A DNA stretch of 64,000 nucleotides from Vicinamibacterales bacterium. GTDB taxonomy: Bacteria; Acidobacteriota; Vicinamibacteria; Vicinamibacterales; UBA8438. Numbering within the stretch: position 1 is the stretch's first letter; each line of letters opens with the position of its first letter. Positions 41,468 through 53,252 of the stretch are shown here, in pieces. The DNA lies in the NCBI GenBank assembly GCA_965246995.1, contig OZ252008.1, positions 772,671 to 836,670 on the forward strand. Direction: 5' to 3'. Under the pieces are notes generated by a model. That model ran no database searches and was not told the origin of the DNA. It worked only from the letters and a program-made list of their open reading frames with translations. The position numbers were made by a program, and so were the translations under genes.

Positions 41468-42667
41468 GTGAGTCGCGATGCGGGAAACGGCGAGTTCGGC
41501 TTTGCAGTCACGGCGACCGCGGGTGCCGCGCGTTGCGGGCGGATGGCGACGCCGCACGGCGCCGTCGACACGCCGGCATTCATGCCGGTCGGAACCACTG
41601 GCGCGGTGAAGGGGTTGACGCCGCGCGATCTGGACGACCTGGGTGCGGAGATCATCCTGGCGAACACGTATCACCTCCACCTGCGTCCCGGCGACGAGCT
41701 GGTAGCGCGCCGCGGCGGGCTCCACCGCTTCATGGGCTGGAACGGTCCGATCCTGACCGACAGTGGCGGTTACCAGGTGTTCAGTCTGGCCGCACGACGT
41801 CGGATCGACGAGCAGGGTGTCAGTTTCCGATCGCATCTGGACGGCAGCGAGCAGGTGTTGACGGCCGAGTCCGCGACCGACATCCAGGCTCGTCTCGGCA
41901 GCGACATCGCAATGGCCTTCGACGAGTGCACCCCCTGGCCGGTCACGGACGCGGTGGCTCGCGAGTCGATGGAGCGGAGCGTGCGTTGGGCGGAGCGGTC
42001 GCGCGCGCGCCACGCACGGCTCCGGGGAGCGCCGGCCGGCGATGGCGCCATGATGACGACGCCGAACCAGGCGCAGTTCGGGATTGTGCAGGGGGGAATG
42101 TACCCGGCGCTGCGCCAGGAGAGTGCGCGCGCGACCGTCGCATTGGGGTTTGACGCCTACGCCATAGGCGGGTTGAGCGTCGGCGAGCCGACCGCAACGA
42201 TGTACCAGATGACCGAGGTGACCACGACCTGCCTTCCCCCCGACCGGCCCCGCTACCTGATGGGAGTGGGTACCCCGACCGACCTGATCGAGACGGTCGC
42301 GCGCGGGGTGGACCTATTCGACTGCGTCCTGCCGACTCGGAACGGGCGGAACGGACAGTTGTTCACCCGCACCGGACCGATCTCCATCAAGCGGGCCGAG
42401 TTCGCCGAGGATGACCGGCCTGTCGACCCGGAGTGTGGTTGTTATACGTGCCGCCATGTCTCGCGGGCGTACCTGCGGCACCTGCAGGTGGCTAACGAGA
42501 TGACCGGTGCTGTTCTCAATACGCTGCATAATCTACACTTCTACCTTGACACCATGCGGGGGATCAGGGACTCTATCCGGTCGGGCCGGTTCGAACAGTT
42601 TCGGCAAGCCTTCCATCACATGTACGCCGGTGGGCCGGCGGCGCCCGTGGATGTGCTCGCACAGTAG
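41468..42667 (+). CDS. tgt: Queuine tRNA-ribosyltransferase
   Basis: Contains TPHGAVDTPAFMPVGT, ILANTYHL, LTDSGGYQVFSL, GGLSVGE and CGCYTCRHVSRAYLRHL. Confidence 0.95.
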   Translation: MSRDAGNGEFGFAVTATAGAARCGRMATPHGAVDTPAFMPVGTTGAVKGLTPRDLDDLGAEIILANTYHLHLRPGDELVARRGGLHRFMGWNGPILTDSGGYQVFSLAARRRIDEQGVSFRSHLDGSEQVLTAESATDIQARLGSDIAMAFDECTPWPVTDAVARESMERSVRWAERSRARHARLRGAPAGDGAMMTTPNQAQFGIVQGGMYPALRQESARATVALGFDAYAIGGLSVGEPTATMYQMTEVTTTCLPPDRPRYLMGVGTPTDLIETVARGVDLFDCVLPTRNGRNGQLFTRTGPISIKRAEFAEDDRPVDPECGCYTCRHVSRAYLRHLQVANEMTGAVLNTLHNLHFYLDTMRGIRDSIRSGRFEQFRQAFHHMYAGGPAAPVDVLAQ

Positions 42668-42694
42668 CCCCGAATTCGCGTATCTCACTCATCC

Positions 42695-43048
42695 ATGTCG
42701 ACGCCTGACGACGCCGTGACGTTGTTCGCCATGGCGCAGCCCCCGTCCGGACAGCAGCCGAGCCTGTTGGTACAGTTCCTGCCGCTGATCCTGATCCTGG
42801 GGATCTTCTACGTCGTCATCTGGATGCCCATGCGTCGGCGGCAGACCAAGGTCCGGGAGTTTCAGGCGGCGCTCAAAGTAGGGGAGCGAGTCGTGACGAC
42901 CAGCGGCATCTACGGTTCGATCACGAGACTGAACGACAAGTCGGTGCAGGTGGAGATCGCTGACCGGGTGCGGATCGAAGTCTCGCGCAGCGCCATCGGC
43001 GGCTACCAGGGCCAGGAGCCGGTGGTGCAGGACGCAAGTACGTCGTAG
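42695..43048 (+). CDS. yajC: Preprotein translocase subunit YajC
   Basis: Single transmembrane segment followed by PMRRRQTKVREFQAALKVGERVVTTSGIYG. It lies in the conserved tgt-yajC-secDF order. Confidence 0.9.
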   Translation: MSTPDDAVTLFAMAQPPSGQQPSLLVQFLPLILILGIFYVVIWMPMRRRQTKVREFQAALKVGERVVTTSGIYGSITRLNDKSVQVEIADRVRIEVSRSAIGGYQGQEPVVQDASTS

Positions 43049-43081
43049 CAGCAGGACGGCGCCCCACCGAAGGAGACCACC

Positions 43082-44635
43082 GTGCGGAAGAACCTGCAAT
43101 GGAAACTGCTCTTCATAGTCGCTGTCGCCGGATTGGCGACCTGGGGGGTTTATCCGCCGGGAGAGAAGATCCGCCTGGGGTTGGACCTGCAGGGGGGGGT
43201 TCACCTGGTGTTGCGCGTCCAGACCGACGACGCGCTGCAGGTGGAGACGGAGACCGCCGCCGAGCAGATGGCCGAGCAGTTGTCGCTCCAGGGGATGGAG
43301 AACGTGGCGGTGCTCCCGACCGATCCGACGACCATCCGCGTCGAGGGCGTGCCGACGGAGCGCGACCCCGAGTTCCGGACCATCTCTGACGAGCGGTTAT
43401 CCGTTTCTTACGACCGCGAGCCGGGCGCCGGTGGTTCGTACACTTTCCGGATGCGCGGCCCGGTTGCCTCGTCGCTTCGCGAGGAGGCGGTACGGCAGGC
43501 GCTCGAGACGATCGAGCGCCGTGTGAACGAGCTGGGTGTCAGCGAACCGATCGTCGCGCCGCACGGGATCGGCGGAGATCAGATCCTGGTGCAGTTGCCG
43601 GGTGTCTCCGACGTGGCACGTGCCAAGTCGCTCATCCGGTCGACGGCACTGCTCGAATTGAAGTTGGTCGAGGAAGGGCCGGCCGCGTCGCGCGAGGCGC
43701 TGCTGCAGGCGCGGAACGGTGTTGTCCCGCCCGACATGGAGGTCCTGACCGGCTCTTCCGGCACGGGGTCGACCGAGCCTTTCTATTACCTTGTGCGGCG
43801 TGTCTCCGCGATAACCGGGCGCGACCTGCGGAACGCGCGGCCGTCACTCGACGAATTCAACCAGCCGGCGGTCAGCTTCACGCTGAACCGCGAGGGCGCG
43901 AGCAAGATGGGGGAGACCACCAGCGCGAACATCGGCCGCGCGCTGGCGATCGTTCTGGACGGTCAGATCCGTTCCGCGCCGACGATCCAGGGACGGATCA
44001 CCGACAGCGGACAGATCACCAATGTGACCCAGCAGGAGGCGGAGGATCTGCAGATCACGCTCCGCTCCGGCGCGTTGCCGGCGTCGCTCACCTACCTGGA
44101 GGAACGTACCGTCGGGCCGACGTTGGGAGCTGACTCCATTCGCGCCGGCGTGGCCGCGTCGATCACCGGCCTGATGCTGGTGGCGATCTTCATGCTCCTC
44201 TACTACCGGCTTGCGGGCATCAACGCCGTCGTCGGGGTGGTACTGAACCTGCTCATCCTGATGGCGTGCATGGCGTACATCGACGCGGTGCTGACGTTGC
44301 CGGGCATCGCCGGCCTGATCCTGACGATCGGCATCGGGGTCGATTCGAACGTACTGATCTTCGAACGAATCAAGGAAGAACTCGGTTCTGCGAAGACGAT
44401 CAGGGCGGCGGTCTCGGCTGGCTTCGACCGGGTGCTCCTGACAATCATCGACACGCACGTCGCTTCCCTGATCGCGGCGGCGTTCCTGTTCCAGTTCGGG
44501 TCCGGACCGATACGCGGGTTCGCGACCACGCTCTTCTTCGGGCTCGTTTCGAACGTCTTTACGGCGGTCTTCGTATCGCGGACCATCTTCGAGACCATCC
44601 TGGCGCGCCGCCGTGCGGCGACGCTGAGTATCTGA
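43082..44635 (+). CDS. secD: Protein translocase subunit SecD
   Basis: Contains LGLDLQGGVHLVL, a periplasmic domain, GIAGLILTIGIGVDSNVLIFERIKEE. GTG start with AAGGAG upstream. Confidence 0.95.
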   Translation: MRKNLQWKLLFIVAVAGLATWGVYPPGEKIRLGLDLQGGVHLVLRVQTDDALQVETETAAEQMAEQLSLQGMENVAVLPTDPTTIRVEGVPTERDPEFRTISDERLSVSYDREPGAGGSYTFRMRGPVASSLREEAVRQALETIERRVNELGVSEPIVAPHGIGGDQILVQLPGVSDVARAKSLIRSTALLELKLVEEGPAASREALLQARNGVVPPDMEVLTGSSGTGSTEPFYYLVRRVSAITGRDLRNARPSLDEFNQPAVSFTLNREGASKMGETTSANIGRALAIVLDGQIRSAPTIQGRITDSGQITNVTQQEAEDLQITLRSGALPASLTYLEERTVGPTLGADSIRAGVAASITGLMLVAIFMLLYYRLAGINAVVGVVLNLLILMACMAYIDAVLTLPGIAGLILTIGIGVDSNVLIFERIKEELGSAKTIRAAVSAGFDRVLLTIIDTHVASLIAAAFLFQFGSGPIRGFATTLFFGLVSNVFTAVFVSRTIFETILARRRAATLSI

Positions 44636-44651
44636 GGTCGGCCGGAGGACG

Positions 44652-45641
44652 ATGCCGCTCCTAAAGGTTCCACACATCGATTTCGTTCGCCTGCGCTGGA
44701 CGGCGTTCGCGTTGTCGGCGCTGATTATTGCGATTGGCGTGGCCGTGGCGTTTGCGCGGGCTGGTCTGCCGCTCGGCATTGATTTCTCCGGCGGCTCCCT
44801 CATCGTGCTGCAGTTCGAGCAGTCGACGGGCGAGGGGGCGGTGCGCGACGCGCTGGGGAGTATCGAGGAGAAGGTCGTTCAGCAGTACGGCGACCCGGGC
44901 GATAACCAGGTCCTGATTCGGTTGCCAATCGCGGGCCCCGAGTCCGGCGCGAGTCTCGAGGAGGGGGCCAACGCCGTTGCGACCGAGCTGGGGACGAGCG
45001 ATCTGGGCGAATTCCAGGTGCTTAGCCAGGAATTGGTCGGCCCGGTCATCGGCGAGGAACTGCAGCGGCGAGGAATCAATGCGTTCGTCTTCGCGCTGGC
45101 GGGGATCCTGGTGTACATCGGCCTCCGCTTCCGCTTCTCGTTCGCGGTCGGCGCGATAGTCGCCGTCGTGCACGACATCGCCATCACGCTGGCGATGCTG
45201 GTGGTCTTCGACTACGAGCTGTCGCTCAACGTCGTCGCGGCGATGCTGACGATAACGGGGTACTCGGTGAACGACTCCATCGTTGTCTTCGACCGGGTGC
45301 GCGAAAACCTTCGTGTCATGCGACGCGACACCTTTGCGCACCTCGTGAATACCAGCATCAACCAGACCCTCGCGCGTACGATCATCACGTCCGGAACAAC
45401 CGGTGGCGCCGTGCTTGCGCTGTACATCGTGGGAGGCGAGGTGCTTCGCGGCTTCGCCTTCACGATGCTCATTGGTATCGTGAGCGGCACCTACTCCACC
45501 ATTTTCGTCGCGGCGATCATTGCCATCGTCATCACCGAGCGGCGTGCCACCCGGGCGCAGCAAGCCGGCGCGACGCCGGCCGCGCAGGGTGCGGCGCCAT
45601 CGCGCCCATCCAAGCGTCGTCGCAAGGCGAGAGCGTCGTAG
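44652..45641 (+). CDS. secF: Protein translocase subunit SecF
   Basis: Contains GIDFSGGS, LTITGYSVNDSIVVFDRVREN and C-terminal transmembrane helices. Confidence 0.95.
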   Translation: MPLLKVPHIDFVRLRWTAFALSALIIAIGVAVAFARAGLPLGIDFSGGSLIVLQFEQSTGEGAVRDALGSIEEKVVQQYGDPGDNQVLIRLPIAGPESGASLEEGANAVATELGTSDLGEFQVLSQELVGPVIGEELQRRGINAFVFALAGILVYIGLRFRFSFAVGAIVAVVHDIAITLAMLVVFDYELSLNVVAAMLTITGYSVNDSIVVFDRVRENLRVMRRDTFAHLVNTSINQTLARTIITSGTTGGAVLALYIVGGEVLRGFAFTMLIGIVSGTYSTIFVAAIIAIVITERRATRAQQAGATPAAQGAAPSRPSKRRRKARAS

Positions 45642-45671
45642 GGGTTACCGGGTTCTTCCGGACCAAAGTCC

Positions 45672-46484
45672 GTGACAGCGCCGGAGGCCGCGCTCCTCGG
45701 GATCCTCCAGGGGTTGACCGAGTTCCTTCCGATTTCGAGCTCGGCGCATCTGCTCCTGGCCCGCTCCGTTTTCGGATGGACGGTCGATCCTCGCTTCGGC
45801 CTGGCGTTCGATGTCGCCGTGCATGTCGGTACCCTGGCCGCAGTACTGGTCTATTTCCGCACGGAGGTTGCGGCCCTGCTGCGTGCGACGGTCGCGCCGC
45901 GGAGTTGGTTCGATCGTGGCGGTGCGGGCGCCCTGCTCCGCACCATCGCCGTCGGGACGGTGCCGGTCGGACTCGTTGGTCTTCTGGCGGCCGACCTGAT
46001 TGCCGGTTCGCTCCGGAGCCTCGAGGTGGCTGGCATCGCACTTGCCATCGGCGCGGTAGCAATGCTCGTGGCGGAACGCTTCGGGCGAGGTGGTCGGGAT
46101 GAGACCGACATAGCCACCGGGGAGGCCTTCCTACTCGGCATGGCGCAGGCGACGGCGCTCGTGCCGGGCGTGTCACGATCCGGCGCGGTGCTGGTTGTCG
46201 CGATGCTCCTTGGCCTCGGTCGTGCGTCGGCCGCGCGCTTTGCGTTCCTGCTTGGCATCCCGGCGATCCTGGCGGCGGGTGGGCGCGAGACCATCGCGCT
46301 GCTTCGTGACGGAATGCCGGCCGGCGGCGGGGTGGCGATGGCGGTCGGGTTCGTTTTATCGGCACTGGTTGGCTATCTCGCGATAAAGTACTTCCTGCGT
46401 TACGTCGTCCGGCATTCCCTCGATCCGTTCGCGCTGTATCGGTTGGCGCTCGCCGGGGGGGTGTTGACCCGGGGACTGCTTTGA
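45672..46484 (+). CDS. uppP: Undecaprenyl-diphosphate phosphatase
   Basis: Contains GILQGLTEFLPISSSAHL and PGVSRSGA, with multiple transmembrane helices. Confidence 0.92.
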   Translation: MTAPEAALLGILQGLTEFLPISSSAHLLLARSVFGWTVDPRFGLAFDVAVHVGTLAAVLVYFRTEVAALLRATVAPRSWFDRGGAGALLRTIAVGTVPVGLVGLLAADLIAGSLRSLEVAGIALAIGAVAMLVAERFGRGGRDETDIATGEAFLLGMAQATALVPGVSRSGAVLVVAMLLGLGRASAARFAFLLGIPAILAAGGRETIALLRDGMPAGGGVAMAVGFVLSALVGYLAIKYFLRYVVRHSLDPFALYRLALAGGVLTRGLL

Positions 46485-46525
46485 GGCTGGATCGCGTTAC
46501 CGAAACCGTAGGAGATTGCTGAACG

Positions 46526-47194
46526 ATGCAGTGGCTGCGGCGGAGCCTGATCGCCGGGATCGTCGTCATCGTCCCGATCGCGATCAGCGTGGTGGCGTTC
46601 ATCTGGTTATTCGGCCTGATCGATGGCGTGATGGGGCCGATCTACGCCCGCTGGCTGGGGCGCGAGATCCCGGGGCTCGGCCTGGTGACGCTCGGCACCC
46701 TCGTCGTGCTGGTAGGCGCACTGGCGACCAACGTCCTCTTTGGCCGGCTGCTGAGAATGGGCGAGGATTGGCTGCTCCGTCTGCCGCTCTTCGGCGCGGT
46801 CTACGCCACGGTCAAACAGATCGTCACTGCCTTCTCGCCGGACAATCAGGTCGGCTTCAAGCGGGTCGTGCTGGTCGACGATCCGAAGCGGGGACTCGTG
46901 CTCGGCTTCCTCACGAAGGAGTTCAGGCTGGAGGGTTGCGACGTCCAGGGAGCCGCCAACGGTACGGACAATGGACCGGGATCATGGACGCACGTCGCCG
47001 TCTATGTTCCGACGAACCATGTCTACTTCGGCGACATCCACATTTATCCCCGCTCGGTCGTGTCGTTCCCGTCGCTCACCGTGCAGGAGGGGCTGCAGGT
47101 GTTCCTGACCGGCGGAATGGCGCTCGGTGAACATCTCGTAACCGAACGGGAAGAGCTGAGGGAGGGGGAACCGGGATCTCCCGCCCGTTCTTGA
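46526..47194 (+). CDS. DUF502-family membrane protein
   Basis: Two N-terminal transmembrane helices, LPLFGAVYATVKQIV, and VPTNHVYFGDI; matches the DUF502 pattern as I recall it. Confidence 0.7.
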   Translation: MQWLRRSLIAGIVVIVPIAISVVAFIWLFGLIDGVMGPIYARWLGREIPGLGLVTLGTLVVLVGALATNVLFGRLLRMGEDWLLRLPLFGAVYATVKQIVTAFSPDNQVGFKRVVLVDDPKRGLVLGFLTKEFRLEGCDVQGAANGTDNGPGSWTHVAVYVPTNHVYFGDIHIYPRSVVSFPSLTVQEGLQVFLTGGMALGEHLVTEREELREGEPGSPARS

Positions 47195-47271
47195 CACCTT
47201 TCGGCACGGCAAGTTAACTTCCGGGGTTTGCGTGCGGGCGGGAAACGCCTGCCGTCTCCATCGAGGGGAAA

Positions 47272-49380
<2,109 letters not shown>

Positions 49381-49400
49381 CCGGAATGGCGCAGCGTTAG

Positions 49401-49429
49401 TTGACGCTGCGGGGCGGTGGGGTTATGAT
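49401..49429 (+). promoter_or_regulatory. Candidate sigma-70 promoter (TTGACG-17 bp-TATGAT)
   Basis: The hexamers and 17-bp spacer were read directly. A T8 tract at 49494-49501 lies ~60 nt downstream. No experimental support. Confidence 0.35.
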
Positions 49430-49550
49430 GCCGCCTTCCCGCATCCGGCGGGTCGGCAGTTTGGGAATAGCGTTGTGCACCCGAAACGGGCCATTTTTTT
49501 TCCGCCGGTGTCGAAGAAGTAGTGGGGCGCGTAGACGGAGATTTGGTTCG

Positions 49551-49578
49551 TTGACACCGGCAATCGGCCTGCTATAAT
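49551..49578 (+). promoter_or_regulatory. Candidate sigma-70 promoter of the tonB-exbBD operon (TTGACA-16 bp-TATAAT)
   Basis: Both hexamers match the consensus exactly, ~55 nt upstream of the tonB GTG (SD AGGAGG at 49618). Confidence 0.55.
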
Positions 49579-49631
49579 CGGCGCCTTGGAAATCGGCGTA
49601 CGCGCGCCGAGCAGGTCAGGAGGGCGTTTCC

Positions 49632-50435
49632 GTGGCTAACACGCAGCAGAAAACGAATCCGCAGTCGAAGGCATCATCGCCGGGCGCCGCGGTGCCCGGG
49701 AAGGGCGGTCCGCCCAAGAGGGCGGAACCCGCGCTGTTCGGGGAGATCGCGAACCCGACCATTCACGTAGGCGCACGCAAGTGGTACACCCTTCCGGTGT
49801 CGATCATCGCGCACGTGGTGGCGATCGGCGCGATTGTGATCGTGCCGCTGATGGCGGTCGACGCGCTGCCGACGCCGGCGTCGATGATGGCGTTCGTCGC
49901 CGCGCCACCACCACCGCCACCACCGCCACCGCCGCCACCGCCGCCTGCCGCGGCCGAGGCGCCACCACCGCCGGTGATCGACATCAACCCGAACGCGGCA
50001 CCGATCGTCGCGCCGGAGCAGATTGTCGAGGAGACCGGCTTCGATCTCTCGGAGGTGCGTGGCGTTGAAGGCGGTGTCGTCGGCGGTGTCGTGAGCGGCA
50101 TCGTCGGCGGCTTGCCGAGCGCCCCCCCCCCGCCCCCGCCCCCGCCAGAGCCGGTGCGCGTCGGCGGCAACATCAGTCCCCCGACCAAGGTCCGCGACGT
50201 CCCGCCGGTCTATCCGCCGGTGGCCCAGCAGGCCCGGGTTCAGGGTGTCGTCATTCTTGAGGCGGTCATCGGTCCGACGGGCACCGTGACCGACGTCAAC
50301 GTGCTCCGGTCGGTGCCGTTGCTGGACGAAGCGGCGATCAATGCCGTGAAGCAGTGGCAATACACCCCGACGTTGTTGAATGGCGTGCCGGTGCCGGTCA
50401 TCATGACGGTGACCGTCAACTTCACGCTGCAGTAG
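49632..50435 (+). CDS. tonB: TonB-family energy transducer
   Basis: N-terminal transmembrane anchor, two poly-Pro tracts, and the C-terminal TonB domain (PVYPPVAQQARVQGVVILEAVIGPTGTV...VKQWQYTP). Confidence 0.9.
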   Translation: MANTQQKTNPQSKASSPGAAVPGKGGPPKRAEPALFGEIANPTIHVGARKWYTLPVSIIAHVVAIGAIVIVPLMAVDALPTPASMMAFVAAPPPPPPPPPPPPPPAAAEAPPPPVIDINPNAAPIVAPEQIVEETGFDLSEVRGVEGGVVGGVVSGIVGGLPSAPPPPPPPPEPVRVGGNISPPTKVRDVPPVYPPVAQQARVQGVVILEAVIGPTGTVTDVNVLRSVPLLDEAAINAVKQWQYTPTLLNGVPVPVIMTVTVNFTLQ

Positions 50436-50504
50436 TTACGTTCGCGTTAGATCTAGTGGAAACGGAATCGTTGAGGGTCCGGTGAGACCCACGAGGAGGA
50501 ACAG

Positions 50505-51173
50505 ATGGATTTTCTTGAACTCTGGGACCAGATGGGCGTGCCGGTCAAGCTCCTGATGGCGGTCCTGGCACTCATGTCGATGGCATCGGTGGGCGTCTTC
50601 TTTGAGCGGTTGTTTACCTTCATGCAGGCTTCGAAGCAGTCGAGGCTGTTTGCTCCGCAGGTGGCGAAGCACCTCAAGGACGGCAAGCTCAAGGAGGCGA
50701 TCACCATCTCGCAGTCCAAGAACTACAAGTACAGCCACCTCGGTAAGGTGGTGCTCGCCGGGCTGCAGGAGTACCAGTTCCAGCAGGACAGTGGTGCCGC
50801 GCTCAATAAGGACGATGTCGTTGACGGCGTGCACCGCGCTATTCAGCGTGCCGCCGCCCTCACCTCTTCCGACCTGAAGCGGGGCATGGGCATCCTCGCG
50901 ACCATCGGCTCGACGGCCGTGTTCGTCGGGCTGCTCGCCACCACGCTGGGCGTCATCAACGCGTTCCAGGGGATCGCGGCCACGGGGTCGGGCGGTCTGG
51001 GCGCAGTCTCTGGCGGTATCTCGGAAGCGCTCGTCGGGACCGCGATCGGTCTGTTCGTGGCGATTCCCGCGGTCTGGTTCTTCAACTACCTGACCGGTCG
51101 CCTCGAGTACTTCGCCGTCGAGATGGACAACTCGTCGTCCGAGCTGGTCGACTACTTCATCAAGAAGTCGTAG
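50505..51173 (+). CDS. exbB: MotA/TolQ/ExbB proton-channel protein
   Basis: Three transmembrane helices, with TIGSTAVFVGLLATTLGVINAF and GISEALVGTAIGLFVAIPA. Confidence 0.9.
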   Translation: MDFLELWDQMGVPVKLLMAVLALMSMASVGVFFERLFTFMQASKQSRLFAPQVAKHLKDGKLKEAITISQSKNYKYSHLGKVVLAGLQEYQFQQDSGAALNKDDVVDGVHRAIQRAAALTSSDLKRGMGILATIGSTAVFVGLLATTLGVINAFQGIAATGSGGLGAVSGGISEALVGTAIGLFVAIPAVWFFNYLTGRLEYFAVEMDNSSSELVDYFIKKS

Positions 51174-51261
51174 GCCTTCGCCAAGGAGATCCGGCCGGAC
51201 GCGTCCGTCGCCTGGCGACAGGGCGCGTCCGGATCGCGGCTTCATTTGAGGAGAACAGACC

Positions 51262-51693
51262 ATGGGGATGCAAGTTGGCGATAAGCTTAGCGGCCTGAAT
51301 TCCGAGATCAACATCACGCCGCTCGCCGACGTGATGCTCGTGCTTCTCATCATCGTCATGCTCATCGCGCCACTGTTGCAGGCGGGCGTGACGTTGACGC
51401 TGCCCGAGGCGACGTACTCGGGTGACAAGCCGGACAACGACAGCAACACGATAGTGGCGGTGACTGCGGACGGCCGGTACTTCGTCGACAACGCGCCGAC
51501 GCCGTCGGGCGAGTTGCTCAGTACCATCAACACGGTCATGAGCCTGAAGGTGGAGCGCATACTGCTGGTCAAGGCTGACACCAACGCCCAGTACTCCTCC
51601 GTGATGTCACTGATGGACCAACTGCAGCGGGCCGGTATAGAGAACGTCGGACTGATCACCGAGCGTGAGCTGGGTGGCGGCGGAGGAGAGTAG
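51262..51693 (+). CDS. exbD: ExbD/TolR biopolymer transport protein
   Basis: Contains EINITPLADVMLVLLIIVM followed by a periplasmic domain (LLVKADTNAQYSSVMSLMDQL). Confidence 0.9.
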   Translation: MGMQVGDKLSGLNSEINITPLADVMLVLLIIVMLIAPLLQAGVTLTLPEATYSGDKPDNDSNTIVAVTADGRYFVDNAPTPSGELLSTINTVMSLKVERILLVKADTNAQYSSVMSLMDQLQRAGIENVGLITERELGGGGGE

Positions 51694-51699
51694 TTCGCC

Positions 51700-52167
51700 A
51701 TGTCGCATAAGAAGCACCACGGCGCCGACACGGTCGTTGGCGCGTCGCATGTCGCCCAGAACTCGGACATCAACATCACGCCGTTCATCGACGTGCTGCT
51801 GGTTCTGATCGTCATCTTCCTGGCGGCCCTGCCACTGGGACAGCGCGGGCTGGATATCAACCTTCCGCTAGAGACTCAGGGCTCGGCGCAGGCGGCTACC
51901 GACAGCAGCCAGATCGTGCTGGAGTTCACCGCTGACCGTCGCATCTCCGTCAACCAGCAGCCCATGGAAATGGCGTCGCTGGAGTCGGAACTGCGGGAGA
52001 TCTTCGAGACCCGGCGCGAGAAGACCATGTTCATCGCCGGTGCCGGCACGCTCACCTACGGTGAGATCATTGACGTGATCGACGCTGCGCGGGGTGCCGG
52101 AGTTGAAAAGGTGGGCATCGTGACGGAAGGCATGCGCCGCGCTGCTGGCGCTGCGCCGGTTGGCTAG
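51700..52167 (+). CDS. exbD: ExbD/TolR biopolymer transport protein (second paralog)
   Basis: Contains DINITPFIDVLLVLIVIFL and FIAGAGTLTYGEIIDVIDAAR. Confidence 0.9.
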   Translation: MSHKKHHGADTVVGASHVAQNSDINITPFIDVLLVLIVIFLAALPLGQRGLDINLPLETQGSAQAATDSSQIVLEFTADRRISVNQQPMEMASLESELREIFETRREKTMFIAGAGTLTYGEIIDVIDAARGAGVEKVGIVTEGMRRAAGAAPVG

Positions 52168-52199
52168 GCCGGATGTCGATAGCCGAGAAGGAGAACAAC

Positions 52200-53204
52200 A
52201 TGCAGACCGGACGCACTTGCCTGAGACTTGCCCTTGTCGTGGCGCTCGTGATGCCGCTGGTCTCGTGCGCCTTCCTCGATCAGCTTGGCGCGATGCGCAC
52301 GTTTAAGGAAGCTAACCTCTTGTACGGTCGGGCTGACTACGAAGGGGCGATCGAGGAATACATGATGGTGCTCGAGGCCATCGAAGCCGATCCGGAGAGC
52401 GAACTGTCGCAGGTGATGACGGTCGCGTACTTCTACGTCGCCAACTGTTACGACAACCTCTACACGCCGGCGTTCCGGGGGGACGCGGAGAACGATCGGT
52501 TCCTGAACGAGGCGGTCAGGTACTACAGGCTCGCCTCCGAGCGGATTCCGAACCCGGAGTTCCAGACGCTGTCGATGCAGTACCTGGTGGCCGCCTACGG
52601 TCCGGACCGGCTGAATGATCCGACCAACCGCGCGATGTTGCTGCAGGAGATGATCCAGCTCGATCCGGCCAACCCCGACAACTACTTCGTGCTGGCGCAG
52701 CTCTTCGAGGAATCGGGTCTCTTCGAGGATGCCGAGGCGATCATGCTTGAGGTGAGGAACATGCGGCAGGAGGATCCGACCGTCTATCTGCAGCTTGCCG
52801 GCTTCTACAACCGGAGCGGCGAGTTCGAGAAGACGATCGACGCGCTGCAGCAGCGGGCTCGGATCGAACCGGACAACCCGGAGGCGTTTTACACGATCTC
52901 CACCTTCTACTGGGAGAAAGCGTTCCGGGACTTCCGCATTACCCAGGACGAGAAGGCGAATTATGTCTTGGCAGGGATCGAGGCGGCCGATCAGGCGATC
53001 ACCCTGAACGACCGCTACGTCGACGCGCTCGTCTACAAGAACATCCTGCTCCGGATGCAGGCGAACATGACGGAAGACATCGACGAGCAGGGCGCGCTCA
53101 TCGCGCAGGCGGATGAGTTGCGCGACCTTGCCCAGCAGATCCAGGAAGAGGCGCAAGGGCAGGCGGTGGCTGCAGCGACGGCCGCAGCGGGCGAAGGGGA
53201 ATAG
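52200..53204 (+). CDS. TPR-repeat lipoprotein associated with the Ton cluster
   Basis: Lipobox LVSC after MQTGRTCLRLALVVALVMP, with AAGGAG 6 nt upstream of ATG 52200. TPR-like units run throughout. The tonB-exbB-exbD-exbD-TPR order is a common cluster. Confidence 0.75.
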   Translation: MQTGRTCLRLALVVALVMPLVSCAFLDQLGAMRTFKEANLLYGRADYEGAIEEYMMVLEAIEADPESELSQVMTVAYFYVANCYDNLYTPAFRGDAENDRFLNEAVRYYRLASERIPNPEFQTLSMQYLVAAYGPDRLNDPTNRAMLLQEMIQLDPANPDNYFVLAQLFEESGLFEDAEAIMLEVRNMRQEDPTVYLQLAGFYNRSGEFEKTIDALQQRARIEPDNPEAFYTISTFYWEKAFRDFRITQDEKANYVLAGIEAADQAITLNDRYVDALVYKNILLRMQANMTEDIDEQGALIAQADELRDLAQQIQEEAQGQAVAAATAAAGEGE

Positions 53205-53252
53205 ACGCCCGGCGCTTCACACACCCCCGCACAGATCGGCGACAATCAGGGT

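Noticed and set aside
40322-42013. 563-aa version of the ddl ORF
   Set aside because: The N-terminal ~190 aa overlap tgt on the opposite strand and have no Ddl similarity. The Ddl homology starts at RVGVIYGG, just after GTG 41443.
49674-50360. Antisense ORFs across tonB encoding Gly/Trp/Arg runs
   Set aside because: These are the mirror image of the TonB poly-proline codon tract (CCN read as NGG). They are not independent genes.
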